A stretch of DNA of 64,000 nt from Nitrospirota bacterium (GCA_963754875.1 CAVWHO010000017.1:96001-160000); one strand, 5' to 3'. Shown: positions 51,330 through 62,952, counted from the stretch's first letter. Program-made: numbers and translations. The notes: generated by a model from the letters alone, not told the origin.

Positions 51330-51611
51330 ATGACAAAACTTATTATTGAAACCGATGATGCCTGGGCTCGTGAAAAGATCAAATTTGCCATCGATACGGA
51401 AATTCACCTCCTAAAAAAAACAGTCGAAAAGATCGACCGTAAAATAAAAGACTTTGAGAAACAATATGGGCAGCTCGACCGAGAAAATCTCTACGGTAAA
51501 GTAGACGACATGATCCTTGTTGAATGGGAGGGAGAGGCAGAGGCAGAATCTCTGCGGCGTGTTCAGGGCAGACTGAAATCGCTTGAGGAGATCAGCTTTG
51601 AGTATCGATAG
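51330..51611 (+). CDS. Putative antitoxin (TumA-like)
   Basis: FEKQYG...D.D..EWE pattern; overlaps the downstream toxin gene. Confidence 0.65.
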   Translation: MTKLIIETDDAWAREKIKFAIDTEIHLLKKTVEKIDRKIKDFEKQYGQLDRENLYGKVDDMILVEWEGEAEAESLRRVQGRLKSLEEISFEYR

Positions 51612-51993
51612 TTATATTGCAGATTTCGAAACTGTCATTTCAACGCATTCCTTCGTCTCTTCCTACTCGCTCACCATCGATAGAAAAACTCGTGATATTA
51701 CTTTTCTCTCGGAAACCATAGAATTCAGGAATGGAACAGTACTTGATTTTAAGGAGTTTATCGAGAGTAAAGGCACGGCGATAGAAAAATATCTTTATGG
51801 ATACAATCATCGTCTGGGCAGTACTCTCATTTTCCGCTACGACAATTCCCCGGATCCACGCGCACGCCAGATAAGAACATTCCCGCACCACAAGCATCTT
51901 CCGCCGGACAAGCTTGTCGATTCCGACAGACTGATTGACTTGCCTGCTGATCTGAAGGAGATTGAGGGCTTACATACTGAATCGGAAGAATAA
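51583..51993 (+). CDS. Putative toxin, TumE/DUF6516 family
   Basis: Y.Y......IFRYDN.P......TFPHHKH. Confidence 0.75.
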   Translation: MRRSALSIDSYIADFETVISTHSFVSSYSLTIDRKTRDITFLSETIEFRNGTVLDFKEFIESKGTAIEKYLYGYNHRLGSTLIFRYDNSPDPRARQIRTFPHHKHLPPDKLVDSDRLIDLPADLKEIEGLHTESEE

Positions 51994-51995
51994 AA

Positions 51996-54691
51996 ATGAA
52001 CCTGAACCAGGAAATGTTGTCAGTAATCCTGCCGCATGGAGCTATACGGCTGGAATGGGCAGAGGCCCAGGAAGAAGTCAGTAAGGACCAGGAACTTCTC
52101 CAGCGGGAAATATTTCGGCGATTTGCCGACCATCCCGATGGCGCATTTCTTTTTCTCGGATTCTCCAATAAATCAGTTCCCCTTTCTCCTTCCCTCGATT
52201 ATTGGCGCAACGTATGCGGACTCTTCGCCAGGAAACTCGCTCACACTCCAAATCTGGAAATCCTTCGTCATAAGGCCATCGTCGAAATCAGCGAAGAAGA
52301 ATTAAACCATGTCCTTGCATCAGCGCCGCTGATGACTGGCGCTGAGTATTTGACCAGGGTCGTTATCGATGATCTTTGGCAGCGGCTTCATGACGAATTC
52401 AGCAAGGAGATCCAAAAGACAAAAGAGAGCGTCGAGGAGTTTATCCGGGCATACAGTCCCGATATCCATCTCATCGGCCGGGTGTTTTTCCACCTCGTGG
52501 AGAGCAAAAAAGATGATTACCCTTTTGCGTTTCTGGCTACGTATTCACCGGGACTGAACAGACAGGGCAAATCGCAGCATCTTCCCCTGAGACAAGCCCT
52601 GCAGGAATACGACAGGGACGGGAAAAAGCTTCTTGACCTCCTCGTGACGGTGCATCGAGCTGCCAAAGAAAGCGCCCTGGTGGCCCAGCTGCTTGAGAGC
52701 GGCGAACTGTTCCATCCGCTCGCCTGGACGGCTAAGGAAGCATACACCTTCCTCCGGGAGATTCCGATCTACGAACAAGCGGGAATATTGTGCCGCATTC
52801 CCGACTGGTGGAAGCGCGGCGCATCAAGTTTACAGGTCAATATATCCCTGGGAGGCCGCCAACCCTCAACGGTAGGCATGGATGCCCTGCTCAGTTTTGA
52901 CATAGACCTGCATCTTGAGGGTGAGCAGATATCCTATGAAGAGGCCAAACGGCTCATTGATGCGTCCGAAGGGCTTGCCTTGATCAAAAACCGTTGGATC
53001 GCCGTGGACCATGAAAAGCTGCGCCAGACCCTCGAAGCCTACGAAAAGCGCAAGCTCCCTCGCCAGTAGTGGAGGGTTGAGCTTTCGCGAGGCATTGCGG
53101 TTCGAACTGAATCCGAAGAGCTTTCTGGACCTTCCCGATAATGATTCAAGCGTGGTCATCACAAACGGACAATGGATGGAGTCGGTCATGGCGCGCATGC
53201 TCCACCCCGAAGCCATAGCGCCCGTACAGATGGAAACATCCTTCAAGGCGAAATTGCGGCCTTATCAGCAGAGAGGAGTAGCCTGGCTTTCGTTCCTCCA
53301 TTCCCTCAGATTCGGCATGTGCCTTGCCGATGACATGGGACTCGGTAAGACCGTGCAGGTTTTGGCGATGCTGCGAGAGTTTGAAATCGAATGGCGAAAA
53401 AGGGGCCAGCCTGCTTGTGGTTCCTGCATCTTTGCTCTCTAACTGGGCTGCTGAGATCGGGAAATTCACTCCTGAACTGTCATTCGCCATTGCTCATCCC
53501 TCCGGAAAGGATGAGACGGGCGAGATGCCGAAAGAAAGGAAAGAGATAGACAGGCTTGATCTCGTGATCACGACGTATTCGCTGGTGCAGAGATACGAAT
53601 TGCTGCAAACATACGAGTGGAAGTATGTGATCCTCGATGAGGCTCAGGCTATCAAAAATCCCGGGACGAAGCAAACGAAAGCGGTAAAAAAACTAATAGC
53701 AATAAACAGGATCGTCATGACCGGGACCCCGGTCGAAAACCGGCTGTCTGACCTCTGGTCGATCTTTGATTTCATCAACCCCGGACTCCTCGGCAGCAGC
53801 CAGGAGTTCAGTCGATTTGCCAAGAACTTGAATAAGGACCCCGAAGGATATGCACGTCTCAGGAAAGTCATCGGTCCCTATATCCTCCGGAGGCTAAAGA
53901 CCGATAAATCTGTTATTTCCGACTTGCCGGAAAAGGTCGAGATGAAGACCTGGTCGTACCTCGGGAAAAAACAGGCCGTCTTGTATCAGAAACTGGTCGA
54001 CGACCTTCGCAGGTCCGTTGAAAATGTCGAGGGAATTCAGCGGAAAGGAATTATTCTGAGTTCACTTATGAAATTCAAGCAGATATGCAATCATCCGGAC
54101 CAATACCTTGGGACTGGTTCCTTTGACGAAAAAGAAAGCGGCAAGTTCGGTCGACTGCGGGAAATCTGCGAGACCATCTATGAAAAGCGGGAACGGGTTC
54201 TCGTTTTCACCCAGTTCCGGGAGATGACTGAACCGCTCGCCGGCTTCTTGAGCACGTTGTTCGGTCATCAGGGCTTGGTATTGCACGGCGGTACGCCTGT
54301 AGGCAAGAGAAAGGAAATCGTGGCTCGTTTTCAGGACGAAGAATATGTTCCCTTCATGGTCCTGTCGCTAAAAGCCGGCGGTGTTGGACTCAATCTGACC
54401 GCCGCAAATCATGTCGTTCATTTCGACCGCTGGTGGAACCCGGCCGTCGAGAACCAGGCCACGGACCGGGCTTTCCGAATCGGCCAGAAGAAGAACGTGG
54501 TCGTGCACAAGTTTATTACTAAGGGTACGGTCGAGGAAAAGATAGACCAAATGATCGAGGGAAAGTTGAAACTGTCTAACGATGTGGTTCAGGCCGGCAG
54601 CGAGGCATGGATCACGGAAATGGACAATGACGAGCTGATGAGATATGTTTACGTTGACGCTGTGATGATAATGAGAAAGGGATTGCAATGA
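51996..54691 (+). pseudogene. SNF2-family helicase, broken by frameshifts
   Basis: [40 protein letters not shown] and QATDRAFRIGQ spread over three frames. Confidence 0.88.
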
Positions 54692-55542
54692 GCTGGAGTT
54701 TTCCTCGATATGTGGCTAAAGCCGAGAAACAGGCACGGGCGGCAAAAAAACTTGAACAGCTGAAGAAAAAGCGGGACGTGAGGCCGGTTATTATTCAGGG
54801 CAGCGCTATTGCGCGCACCTGGTGGGGCAAATCCTGGAACCGAAACCTGGAGCAGTATGCGGACTACAGCAACCGTATTGGAAGGGGACGCAGTTATGTA
54901 CGCCACGGCGCCGTTCTGGACCTTCAGATTAACGCCGGCGAGATCAAGGCGCTCGTGCAAGGTTCGAGGTCCAAGCCCTATGAGATACTTATTAAGATCG
55001 GGAAACTCGGCAAAAATACCTGGCAGCAGATATCGTCATCCTGTTCCGGGATGCTCGACTCCGTATCGGAACTTCTTTCGGGAAATTTTCCAAAAGAGCT
55101 CGGTGAATTGTTTCTGCAGCGCGATGCAGGCCTTTTCCCGTCGCCAAAGGAAATTGCCTTCGAGTGTTCCTGCCCTGACTGGGCGAGCATGTGCAAACAT
55201 GTGGCGGCAACGCTGTATGGTGTCGGCGCGCGGCTCGATGAAGACGCCACGCTCTTTTTCACGCTTCGCGGCGTTGATATGACCGATCTCATAACCCGGA
55301 CCGCTTCAGCCAAGGCTGAGAGCATGCTCGAAAAGGCAGCGAAGAAAAGTTCTCGGATTATCGATGATACGGACCTGTCCGCGCTTTTTGGCATAGAGCT
55401 GACAAATATTGATAAACCGGCGACTATGGCTGTCGATGTAAGGCCTGTGAAAAAAACAGTGCGCGTGAAAGCTGCAAAAAGCATGGTGAAAGCAAAGAGG
55501 AATATCTCCGAAGAGAAAGAAAAGAAAGGCATCAGACAGTAA
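54688..55542 (+). CDS. SWIM zinc-finger protein (SNF2 partner)
   Basis: WWGKSW, RGRSY, VQGS, CSCPDWA.MCKHVAA. Confidence 0.9.
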   Translation: MSWSFPRYVAKAEKQARAAKKLEQLKKKRDVRPVIIQGSAIARTWWGKSWNRNLEQYADYSNRIGRGRSYVRHGAVLDLQINAGEIKALVQGSRSKPYEILIKIGKLGKNTWQQISSSCSGMLDSVSELLSGNFPKELGELFLQRDAGLFPSPKEIAFECSCPDWASMCKHVAATLYGVGARLDEDATLFFTLRGVDMTDLITRTASAKAESMLEKAAKKSSRIIDDTDLSALFGIELTNIDKPATMAVDVRPVKKTVRVKAAKSMVKAKRNISEEKEKKGIRQ

Positions 55543-55911
55543 AAAGAAATCGATTTCGTCGACAAAATCAGTGAATAAAAAACATGTTGTGCAGAATGTG
55601 AAAAAAAGAAAGCGAGTTCGCTGATTAGATCAGAAAGCTAAAATGGTGTTAAATGGCTATGAGGCCGTCATCATGCTCTATAATATATCGATTAAAGGGA
55701 GTTTTTCCGATATCACAATATACCTCTAAGAAGGAATTTCATTCTCGTCTGGATACAGAGATATCCGAGAAGAATCTTTGTGAAGGTGCTGAAGAATCAT
55801 CGAGGTGGATGTAATAATGGAGGCAAAACGGATAAGTGAGATAAAACCGTATTTGCCGTGACTTGTAGCCACATATTAGTATAATGTATATACATGCGGA
55901 AAGGAGGAGCT

Positions 55912-56109
55912 ATGCCAACTGCAACAAAAAAGACCGCAAAGCATTTTAGGCTGGATGAAACGCTGATTAAGAGTGCCCAGAAGATACTCGGTTCCAAGAC
56001 TGAGACCGAAGCAATCGAAACAGCGCTCGCCGAGATTATCTACCAGGAGAAGATCAGGAAGTTTATTGAACAGACCGCCGGAAAGTTCAAGTTCGAGGGA
56101 CTTAATTGA
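55912..56109 (+). CDS. Putative VapB-like antitoxin
   Basis: RHH-like LDETLI..AQ..LG.KTETEAIE.AL; overlaps the PIN gene. Confidence 0.72.
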   Translation: MPTATKKTAKHFRLDETLIKSAQKILGSKTETEAIETALAEIIYQEKIRKFIEQTAGKFKFEGLN

Positions 56110-56504
56110 AATCGAAGGCTGTTCCTGATACTTCCTTCCTCATTGAGCATTTCAGAAGGGGAACTGTTCAAAAAGCTTTTCTGAATCTCACGCGCTACTA
56201 TCATGTCTCTTTCAGTTCTGTTGTGCTCATGGAGCTGCTCGCCGGTGCCTTCGATCCAAAGGAACAGAAGCTTATTGACCAGATAGCGCGAAATTTTACG
56301 GTCATATCAGTTACCGAGCGTGCATGGTTTGCTTGCGGCGAGATCATGATGAAACTGCGAAGGGATAAAAAGATCGACAGGCAGAGGATAAAGGGGCTCC
56401 TGGCGGACATCCTGATCGCGGTATCGGTCCGGGACACAGGAGCGGTTCTCATCACGAAGAACGAAAAGGACTTCAAACTTATTCGCGGAGTGTACAATTT
56501 TTAA
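56106..56504 (+). CDS. vapC: PIN-domain toxin
   Basis: DTSFLI, ELLAG, DILIA, LIT.N.KDF. Confidence 0.85.
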   Translation: MKSKAVPDTSFLIEHFRRGTVQKAFLNLTRYYHVSFSSVVLMELLAGAFDPKEQKLIDQIARNFTVISVTERAWFACGEIMMKLRRDKKIDRQRIKGLLADILIAVSVRDTGAVLITKNEKDFKLIRGVYNF

Positions 56505-56694
56505 TATGTCGTGATTGATTGATATTGACAGTGTTTTTTCCTGTTCCGTTACTTTCCTGTTAAATAAAAGTACATTTTTGTGAGTTCTAAGCCCTTGATT
56601 TGCCGGGTCGGGGAAGGGGGGGGCCGCTTTGCGGTGGCACACCAGAAGGACATTATGATTCGCTGTACAGTACCCATTGTTAATAAGAAAACAC

Positions 56695-56723
56695 TTGACG
56701 TTTAACGCGCGGCGTTATACTAT
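56695..56723 (+). promoter_or_regulatory. higBA promoter with palindromic operator
   Basis: TTGACG-17-TACTAT; the spacer contains TAACGC-gcg-GCGTTA. Confidence 0.72.
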
Positions 56724-56729
56724 GATCGC

Positions 56730-57011
56730 GTGATCAAGTCATTCAGGGACGGCGAAGCCGAGAAGATATATTCTCGTGAACGGTCACAGAAATTGCCGTC
56801 CGATATTCAGCAGGTTGCCTTAAGAAAGTTGCGCATGATAAACAACGCGAAGAATTTCAACGACCTTCGCATTCCTCCAGCAAACAGGCCAGAAAAACTG
56901 TCCGGCAATCGGGCAGGGCAGTACAGCATTCGCATAAATGACCAATGGCGCGTTTGCTTCGCATGGAAAGACGGCGACGCGGCAGACGTTGAGATCACTG
57001 ATTATCATTGA
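56730..57011 (+). CDS. higB: RelE/ParE-family HigB toxin
   Basis: MIKSFRD...DLRIPP.NR.EKL.G.R.GQYSIRINDQWR.CF.W....VEI.DYH. Confidence 0.92.
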   Translation: MIKSFRDGEAEKIYSRERSQKLPSDIQQVALRKLRMINNAKNFNDLRIPPANRPEKLSGNRAGQYSIRINDQWRVCFAWKDGDAADVEITDYH

Positions 57012-57023
57012 GAGTAAATTAGA

Positions 57024-57329
57024 ATGAAGAAAAAAGCATTGCATCCTGTCCACCCCGGCGAGGTTCTTCTTGAGGAGTTTCTTAATCCCTTGGGTTTGAG
57101 CCAAAATAAGCTTGCTGTGAATATTGGCGTTCCAGCGCGAAGAATCAACGAAATCGTTCTTGAAAAAAGAAAAGTTACCGCCGATACCGCGCTTAGGCTT
57201 GGGCGGTTTTTTAGTACGTCTTCAGAGTTCTGGCTTGGGCTTCAGTCGCAGTACGACCTTGATTTAGCCGCCGATGCTCTCGGAGACCGTCTCAAGAAGG
57301 AAGTTAAGGAATACTCAAAGGTAGCGTGA
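57024..57329 (+). CDS. higA: HigA antitoxin
   Basis: HPGEVL.EEFL.PLGLSQ..LA...RINEI...TADTALRL..FF.TS.EFWL.LQ. Confidence 0.93.
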   Translation: MKKKALHPVHPGEVLLEEFLNPLGLSQNKLAVNIGVPARRINEIVLEKRKVTADTALRLGRFFSTSSEFWLGLQSQYDLDLAADALGDRLKKEVKEYSKVA

Positions 57330-58221
57330 AAATCAGAAACCGTTTGAACAAACCGTTTGAACAAAATGCTCTAACGCATTGTTTGTACTTTCCTGAAGAT
57401 ATAGTTCCTACCTTTTTTGCCCCTGAACTCATATCATGAAGCGGCTCTACCCGCATCGATATTTTCCAACAGCTCTCATTACTGTCCTGTTTGTGCCCTG
57501 CAAAACAATAATGCATTTATGGATGCTCTAAGTTCTTGATTTGGTGGGAGGAGGAGAAGGAAAAGGAATATTGGCCCCCCTTCGGGTGATTACTCTGAAG
57601 GCCATTTGGTGACAGTATTCACTTTTTTCGGTAAACTGTGTCTTTGAAGATAATTTTGGATTGTATTCTTTTTTTAATATCACATTAAAAAAACGCAACT
57701 ACTGACATTATCATGCACCTTGCCGCGCATTGTTGCATAGCAGATTATTAATTGAATCTTGTTGTTGCGCCTGTTCTTATTCCGTTATTTATTGCAATAC
57801 CCTAAAAATACCCATATCAAAAATTCCCCCCCGTGCTAATATAAAGAAAGAGCCATTCAAATTACTTTTTTCGTATCGTAATAACAGTACATATATAAAT
57901 ATGCGCATATCTTGTATTTTTACGGATTGATGAATATTCTTTCCTGACAAAGCCAAAACCGTTTGCGCGAGTTGGACGGACAGAGGCAAGTCGCAGAGAC
58001 GGGTACATCAGCGCGCTCGGCTTTGTGGTTTCTCCACGAGCAGCTGCTCTATCAAGCTTATGCACTCGTCAAAGTCTGCCTCGATCTCTTGGATATCGAA
58101 GGTTACAAGTTCTCTCCAATGTCATATATGATAGACACCAGACGTCTACGCACTAAGGGGCTTACAAAATCGGATCAAGGGATCCAAAAGTCAGCAAAAG
58201 CAGCAGCAGAGGAGTGTCTCC

Positions 58222-59331
58222 GTGCTCGATCCAGTTAAAGTGGCCATGGGAGATCCGTATTTTTTCAGGGATGCACCCGTGTCCATCTGGGTGGAAGATT
58301 TTTCAGAGGTGAGGTCCCATTATCAGTCTTTAAGGAAGCAGGGCGTCCGGGATATGAGGACGTACTTTGCGCAACATCCCGAAGAAATCGTTTTGCTCGC
58401 AGGGAAAGTGAAAATCATTGATGTAAACAACGCCACACTTCGTCTCTATCAGGCCCTCAGTAAAAAGGATTTTTTCAAGGGCTTGAAACAGATCTTCGGC
58501 AAGTCCTCTTATGAAACCTTCAAGGAAGGGCTTATCGCGCTGGCCGAAGGCAGAAGGGAGTTCGCGAGAGAGTGCGTGAACCTCACGATGAAAAAAGAGG
58601 GGCTCAACGTTTTTCTGCAATGGTTTGTTCCCGCCGATTACGAGAATACCTGGTCCCGCGTCATTGTCTACGTCAGCGACATCACCGCTCTCAAGACAAG
58701 AGAGACCGAACTTCTGTACTCAGAGGAGAAGTATCGCAGGCTCTTTGAGTCCATCAATGAGGCCGTCTTCCTTGCCGACGTGGAGACCGGACTCGTTCTC
58801 GCGGTGAATAAGCGGGGCGGAGAGATTATCGGACTTCCATGCGACGATATCATCGGGATGCACTTTTCCCAGCTCCATCCTGCTGATCAAGCAGACTTCC
58901 ACATGGCGATGTTTAAGAAACACGTTCAGGGGGACGTGACCATATCCGATTGTGTTGAGGTCTATCGAGCAGACGGTGAAAGAATTCCAGTGTCGATAAT
59001 CTCAAGTCCTCTGACAATAGGGGGGAAGAAATGCATTTCAGCTATATTCAGACAACAGCCTCAAAAAGATCTGACACCCGCCGCATCAGCAACGACCACT
59101 GCTTATACCGCGATGCTGTCGCCACGTGAATGTGAAATCGTAAGATCGATTGCAGCAGGACTGAACAACCATCAGATGAGTAAAAAACATACTATCAGCG
59201 AGACAACGGTGAAGACCCACCGGACGAGGATCATGCAAAAACTGAAGCTGCATAAGACTGCAGAACTCGTACTGTTCGCAATAAAGTCAGGTCTGCTTGA
59301 CGAAAAAATAATCCTCCAAAAAGTTCAGTGA
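58222..59331 (+). CDS. PAS-PAS-LuxR family transcriptional regulator
   Basis: PAS domains; LSPRE.EI...GL......ISE.TVKTHR.RIMQKL. Confidence 0.88.
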   Translation: MLDPVKVAMGDPYFFRDAPVSIWVEDFSEVRSHYQSLRKQGVRDMRTYFAQHPEEIVLLAGKVKIIDVNNATLRLYQALSKKDFFKGLKQIFGKSSYETFKEGLIALAEGRREFARECVNLTMKKEGLNVFLQWFVPADYENTWSRVIVYVSDITALKTRETELLYSEEKYRRLFESINEAVFLADVETGLVLAVNKRGGEIIGLPCDDIIGMHFSQLHPADQADFHMAMFKKHVQGDVTISDCVEVYRADGERIPVSIISSPLTIGGKKCISAIFRQQPQKDLTPAASATTTAYTAMLSPRECEIVRSIAAGLNNHQMSKKHTISETTVKTHRTRIMQKLKLHKTAELVLFAIKSGLLDEKIILQKVQ

Positions 59332-59739
59332 ACCCTGCCTCTCTTATATCATGAAACATCACTTCAGCAGCCATCAAAGCACGCACGCCCTACACCTTTA
59401 ACCCGACAAAATCGGGTATAAGGTCTACAGGTATTTACTCCAAAAGGTCGATTGACAATGATCTATTTCTTAGCTAGCTTTAAAAAACAGTTTTTTGGAT
59501 AACTCTCTCAATTCGTAAAAACATAAAATATCAGAATGCAAGCATATCGTGCATTCTATCTCTTTTGATACGGGCTTCCCGCTTATTTGGCGGAACAGCT
59601 CATAGCGTGTTCGCTTATGCTCATGTAAGTGAGTAGGCGGAGCGATGCTTGGAACGTTTACGAATCGATTATATTTCAGTCAGGGCTGATGTTCTCGATT
59701 TTACGTGCTTCATTAAGATTTTTATCGTCTCGCAAAAAT

Positions 59740-60474
59740 ATGATTAATAAATTAATGAATAAGAATTATAACGCGATACTCATCTTTCTGTTAAGCTTGT
59801 TTCTGACTGCCTGCGCCGCTTCCGTGAGAAATCCACCAAGCGCTGCATCCCCGTTAGAGCAAGAATTTTCTTCGCTTCAAACACCGGAGTACCAGGTCAG
59901 GGCGGGAGACCAGCTTGACATCAAATTCTTCTACAATCCCGAACTGAACGAACAGGTCCTTGTTCGACCCGACGGCCGTATCTCCCTTCAGCTGGCGCAC
60001 GAAATTATCGCAGCAGGACTCACTCCCGCCGAGTTGACAAGTGTGCTCACCAAGAAATATGCTGCAGAACTTGATACCCCTGAGATCACGGTAATCGTCC
60101 GAGCCTTCGGCGGACAGCGGGTTTATGTCGACGGAGAGGTGAACAAACCGGGCATCATCAACCTGAGTACCCCGATGACCGTTGTGCAATCGCTTGCCGA
60201 GGCCGGCGGTGTCAAGGACACGGCGAAAACGAGTGAGCTTGTGATCATACGGCGCGGTCCGGATAGCAAGCCAATCGCGCTTGTGATGAACATGGAAAAA
60301 GTTGTCGATGGCACGGATATGGGCCGTGACCTTTATCTCATGCCGAATGACATTGTTTATGTGCCTAGATCCCGGATCGCTAACGTGAATCTGTGGATGG
60401 ATCAATACATACGGAAGAACATTCCGATATCAATTGGCGCCGGCTATTACTATAATTACACCCCCCACCCATAA
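59740..60474 (+). CDS. wza: Polysaccharide export lipoprotein (Wza/OPX)
   Basis: Lipobox LTAC; Y....GD.L.I, VRPDGRISL, VYV.GEV.KPG, L.P.DIVYVP. Confidence 0.9.
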   Translation: MINKLMNKNYNAILIFLLSLFLTACAASVRNPPSAASPLEQEFSSLQTPEYQVRAGDQLDIKFFYNPELNEQVLVRPDGRISLQLAHEIIAAGLTPAELTSVLTKKYAAELDTPEITVIVRAFGGQRVYVDGEVNKPGIINLSTPMTVVQSLAEAGGVKDTAKTSELVIIRRGPDSKPIALVMNMEKVVDGTDMGRDLYLMPNDIVYVPRSRIANVNLWMDQYIRKNIPISIGAGYYYNYTPHP

Positions 60475-60490
60475 TATATTGGATAAATTT

Positions 60491-61960
60491 ATGATAAACC
60501 AAAAGCAAGATACTGGCAGTTTAAGAGACTTTCTCACTGTCCTATTTAAGCATCAAACAAGGATGCTCACCATCTTATTCGCAACGGTCGCAACAGTCAC
60601 GATCGCTTCTTTCCTCATGTCGCCTCAGTATGAAGCCAAATCAAGCATTCTGGTAAATGTCGGCAGAGAATATATCTACCGCCCCGACGCTGGCGGTCAG
60701 ATGATTTCGATCAACCAGGAAGAGGCCGTAAATTCCGAAATCAATATACTTCTGAGCCGGGACTTGATAGAAAGCGTCATTACTACCTTGCAAGTTAAGA
60801 ATCTCTATCCGGATTTGAGCAAAGAATCCTTCTCTTTGCTGCCAGCTACGGGGAATGGTATAAAGATGACCCCTTTACAAGCAGCCGTAATGAGATTTGA
60901 AAAAAAGCTAACCGCGGAAGTGGTTAGAAAATCGAGTGTTATCGAGGTCACTTTTCAGCATAAGGACCCGGAGATCGCGGCCAAGGCTCTCAATCTGCTC
61001 GTTGAATTGTACAAGGGAAAACACTTTCAAGTCCACACCGGTGCACAGTCCTCCTTCCTGGAACAACAACTATCCGATCACGAAATAAAACTGAAACAAT
61101 CGGAAACCAAGTTGGAACAATTCAAACAAAAAAATCGCGTTTATTCCCTTGAAGAACAGAGGAGCCTTCTGCTTAAACAGCGAATGGAGCTGGACACGGA
61201 TTTTAAAAACACTAACAACCGTATTGCGGAACTTCAAAAAAAGTTATCTTCTCTGGAATCACAAATGAAGGTAATTGCTAATGATAAAAGCCGATACACC
61301 CAGACCGAGCGGGACAAAATCATCATTGAAGCAAAATCAAAACTTCTCGATCTCCAGCTGAAAGAACAGGGGCTCCTGCAGAAATATAAAGAAAAGAACC
61401 GTTTGGTCGTGAATGTCCACAAGGAACTAGAACTCGTTAAGGATTTTCTCAAGCAGCAAGAGGTGGCTATCACCAGCAAGGTGAACACAGGAAACGCTGT
61501 CTACCAGGAAGCGGAGCGGTCGATTCTCCAAACAAAGGCAGACCTTGACTCTCTAGAGGCGAAAGACAGTGCGCTCAGACGCCAGCTGGCACAAGTCGAT
61601 GGAGAGATTCAATCCTTGGACCTCAATGAAAAAATGAACCAGGAATTGAAACGAGAAGTTGCGACTAATGACAAGAATTACAGAACGTATCTTGATAGAC
61701 TCGAAGAAGCCCGCATTTCGGATGATATGAATCTGCAACGGATGTCGAATGTCAGCATAATCCAGGCAGCCACAGTCTCCGCAAAACCGATCAAACCGAA
61801 GAAGGCGTTGAATATCCTGCTGGGAATCATCCTTGGTACAGTTTCGGGTTTTGGCTATGCATTTTTCTCGGAGTATTTATCTCAAGGACTCTCTACTCCT
61901 GAAAGCGTGGAAAAAAGACTGGGGTTGCCTGTTTTGACGACCATTTCTTATAAAAAATGA
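60491..61960 (+). CDS. Polysaccharide co-polymerase / chain-length determinant (GumC/Wzc N-part)
   Basis: Two TM segments flanking a coiled coil; PIKPKK; LGLPVL. Confidence 0.88.
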   Translation: MINQKQDTGSLRDFLTVLFKHQTRMLTILFATVATVTIASFLMSPQYEAKSSILVNVGREYIYRPDAGGQMISINQEEAVNSEINILLSRDLIESVITTLQVKNLYPDLSKESFSLLPATGNGIKMTPLQAAVMRFEKKLTAEVVRKSSVIEVTFQHKDPEIAAKALNLLVELYKGKHFQVHTGAQSSFLEQQLSDHEIKLKQSETKLEQFKQKNRVYSLEEQRSLLLKQRMELDTDFKNTNNRIAELQKKLSSLESQMKVIANDKSRYTQTERDKIIIEAKSKLLDLQLKEQGLLQKYKEKNRLVVNVHKELELVKDFLKQQEVAITSKVNTGNAVYQEAERSILQTKADLDSLEAKDSALRRQLAQVDGEIQSLDLNEKMNQELKREVATNDKNYRTYLDRLEEARISDDMNLQRMSNVSIIQAATVSAKPIKPKKALNILLGIILGTVSGFGYAFFSEYLSQGLSTPESVEKRLGLPVLTTISYKK

Positions 61961-62140
61961 GGGCTGACGGCCGCTCGTCAAAAGGAATGCAATGTACCTC
62001 GAAAGCCTGAGATATCTAGGGTCAGCTTTCATGGGAACTGCACAAATTGGTCATGAAAAAGGACTCCGGTACCAAAAGCATCTGGAGCCCGGCAGAGCAG
62101 AAAATAGTCTTTCCCCCCGCATTCCATCCACAGAGGACAC

Positions 62141-62887
62141 ATGGGTAAGATATACGAAGCACTGAAACAAGCACAAAAAGAAAAGCAAGTAACCCTGACA
62201 TCGTCTCTGGTCCCGGCACGACAGCAGTCTTTAAACGTGTCCGCGCCCGAATGGGAAGAGAGGGGACAGGAAAAAGCGCTGCACAGCCTCTACCAGCGTA
62301 TTGATTCCCATATTTCCCAGGCTCGGGGAAAAGTGGTTCAGTTCATAGGCTCGCGGGCAGGAGAAGGCACCTCGACGATTGCATGCATGTTCGGGAGAAT
62401 GACAGCGACTAATCTGAATAAATCGGTCTTGATCTTGGATGCCGACCAGCAGAATCCGAAACAACACATCTTATCGGGGATCACGCCCGAGTACGGCTGG
62501 GAGGATTTGCTGGAAAATGGTGGTGCCCTCGACAATGTTATTTATCAAGTGAATGAATCGAACCTCTATGTATGCCCCGTCTCTCCAAGCGCCGTCATAA
62601 CCCACCATGTTTTTGATTCGCCAACGATTGTGGACCTGTGGAACATGTTGAAAGAACACTTCGATCTCGTCATTGTGGATTCCCCTCCGGCTACAGCGTC
62701 GCCCGACGGGATCGCGATCTCACGGCATGTGGACGGCGTCGTCCTGGTTCTAGAGGCTGAAAAAACCCGCTTGCCGGTGGCGGTCAAGGCCAAGGAAACC
62801 ATCGAAAAGCACGGAGGGAAGCTCCTCGGCGTCGTCTTCAATAAGAGACGGTACTATATCCCCGATTTTATCTATCGCAGGTTGTAG
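62141..62887 (+). CDS. CpsD/CapB-like BY-kinase domain protein (degenerate Walker A)
   Basis: MGKIYEAL; GEGTST; LILDAD; VIVDSPP; LGVVFN. Confidence 0.85.
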   Translation: MGKIYEALKQAQKEKQVTLTSSLVPARQQSLNVSAPEWEERGQEKALHSLYQRIDSHISQARGKVVQFIGSRAGEGTSTIACMFGRMTATNLNKSVLILDADQQNPKQHILSGITPEYGWEDLLENGGALDNVIYQVNESNLYVCPVSPSAVITHHVFDSPTIVDLWNMLKEHFDLVIVDSPPATASPDGIAISRHVDGVVLVLEAEKTRLPVAVKAKETIEKHGGKLLGVVFNKRRYYIPDFIYRRL

Positions 62888-62952
62888 AAGACTTTCCAGC
62901 CTGCAGGTTAACCAGCTGGCAGGCTTACACGCTAATCCGCTTACCTCTTAAT

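Noticed and set aside
59630..59650. ops/JUMPStart element before wza
   Set aside because: GGCGGAGCG lacks the conserved GGCGGTAG core
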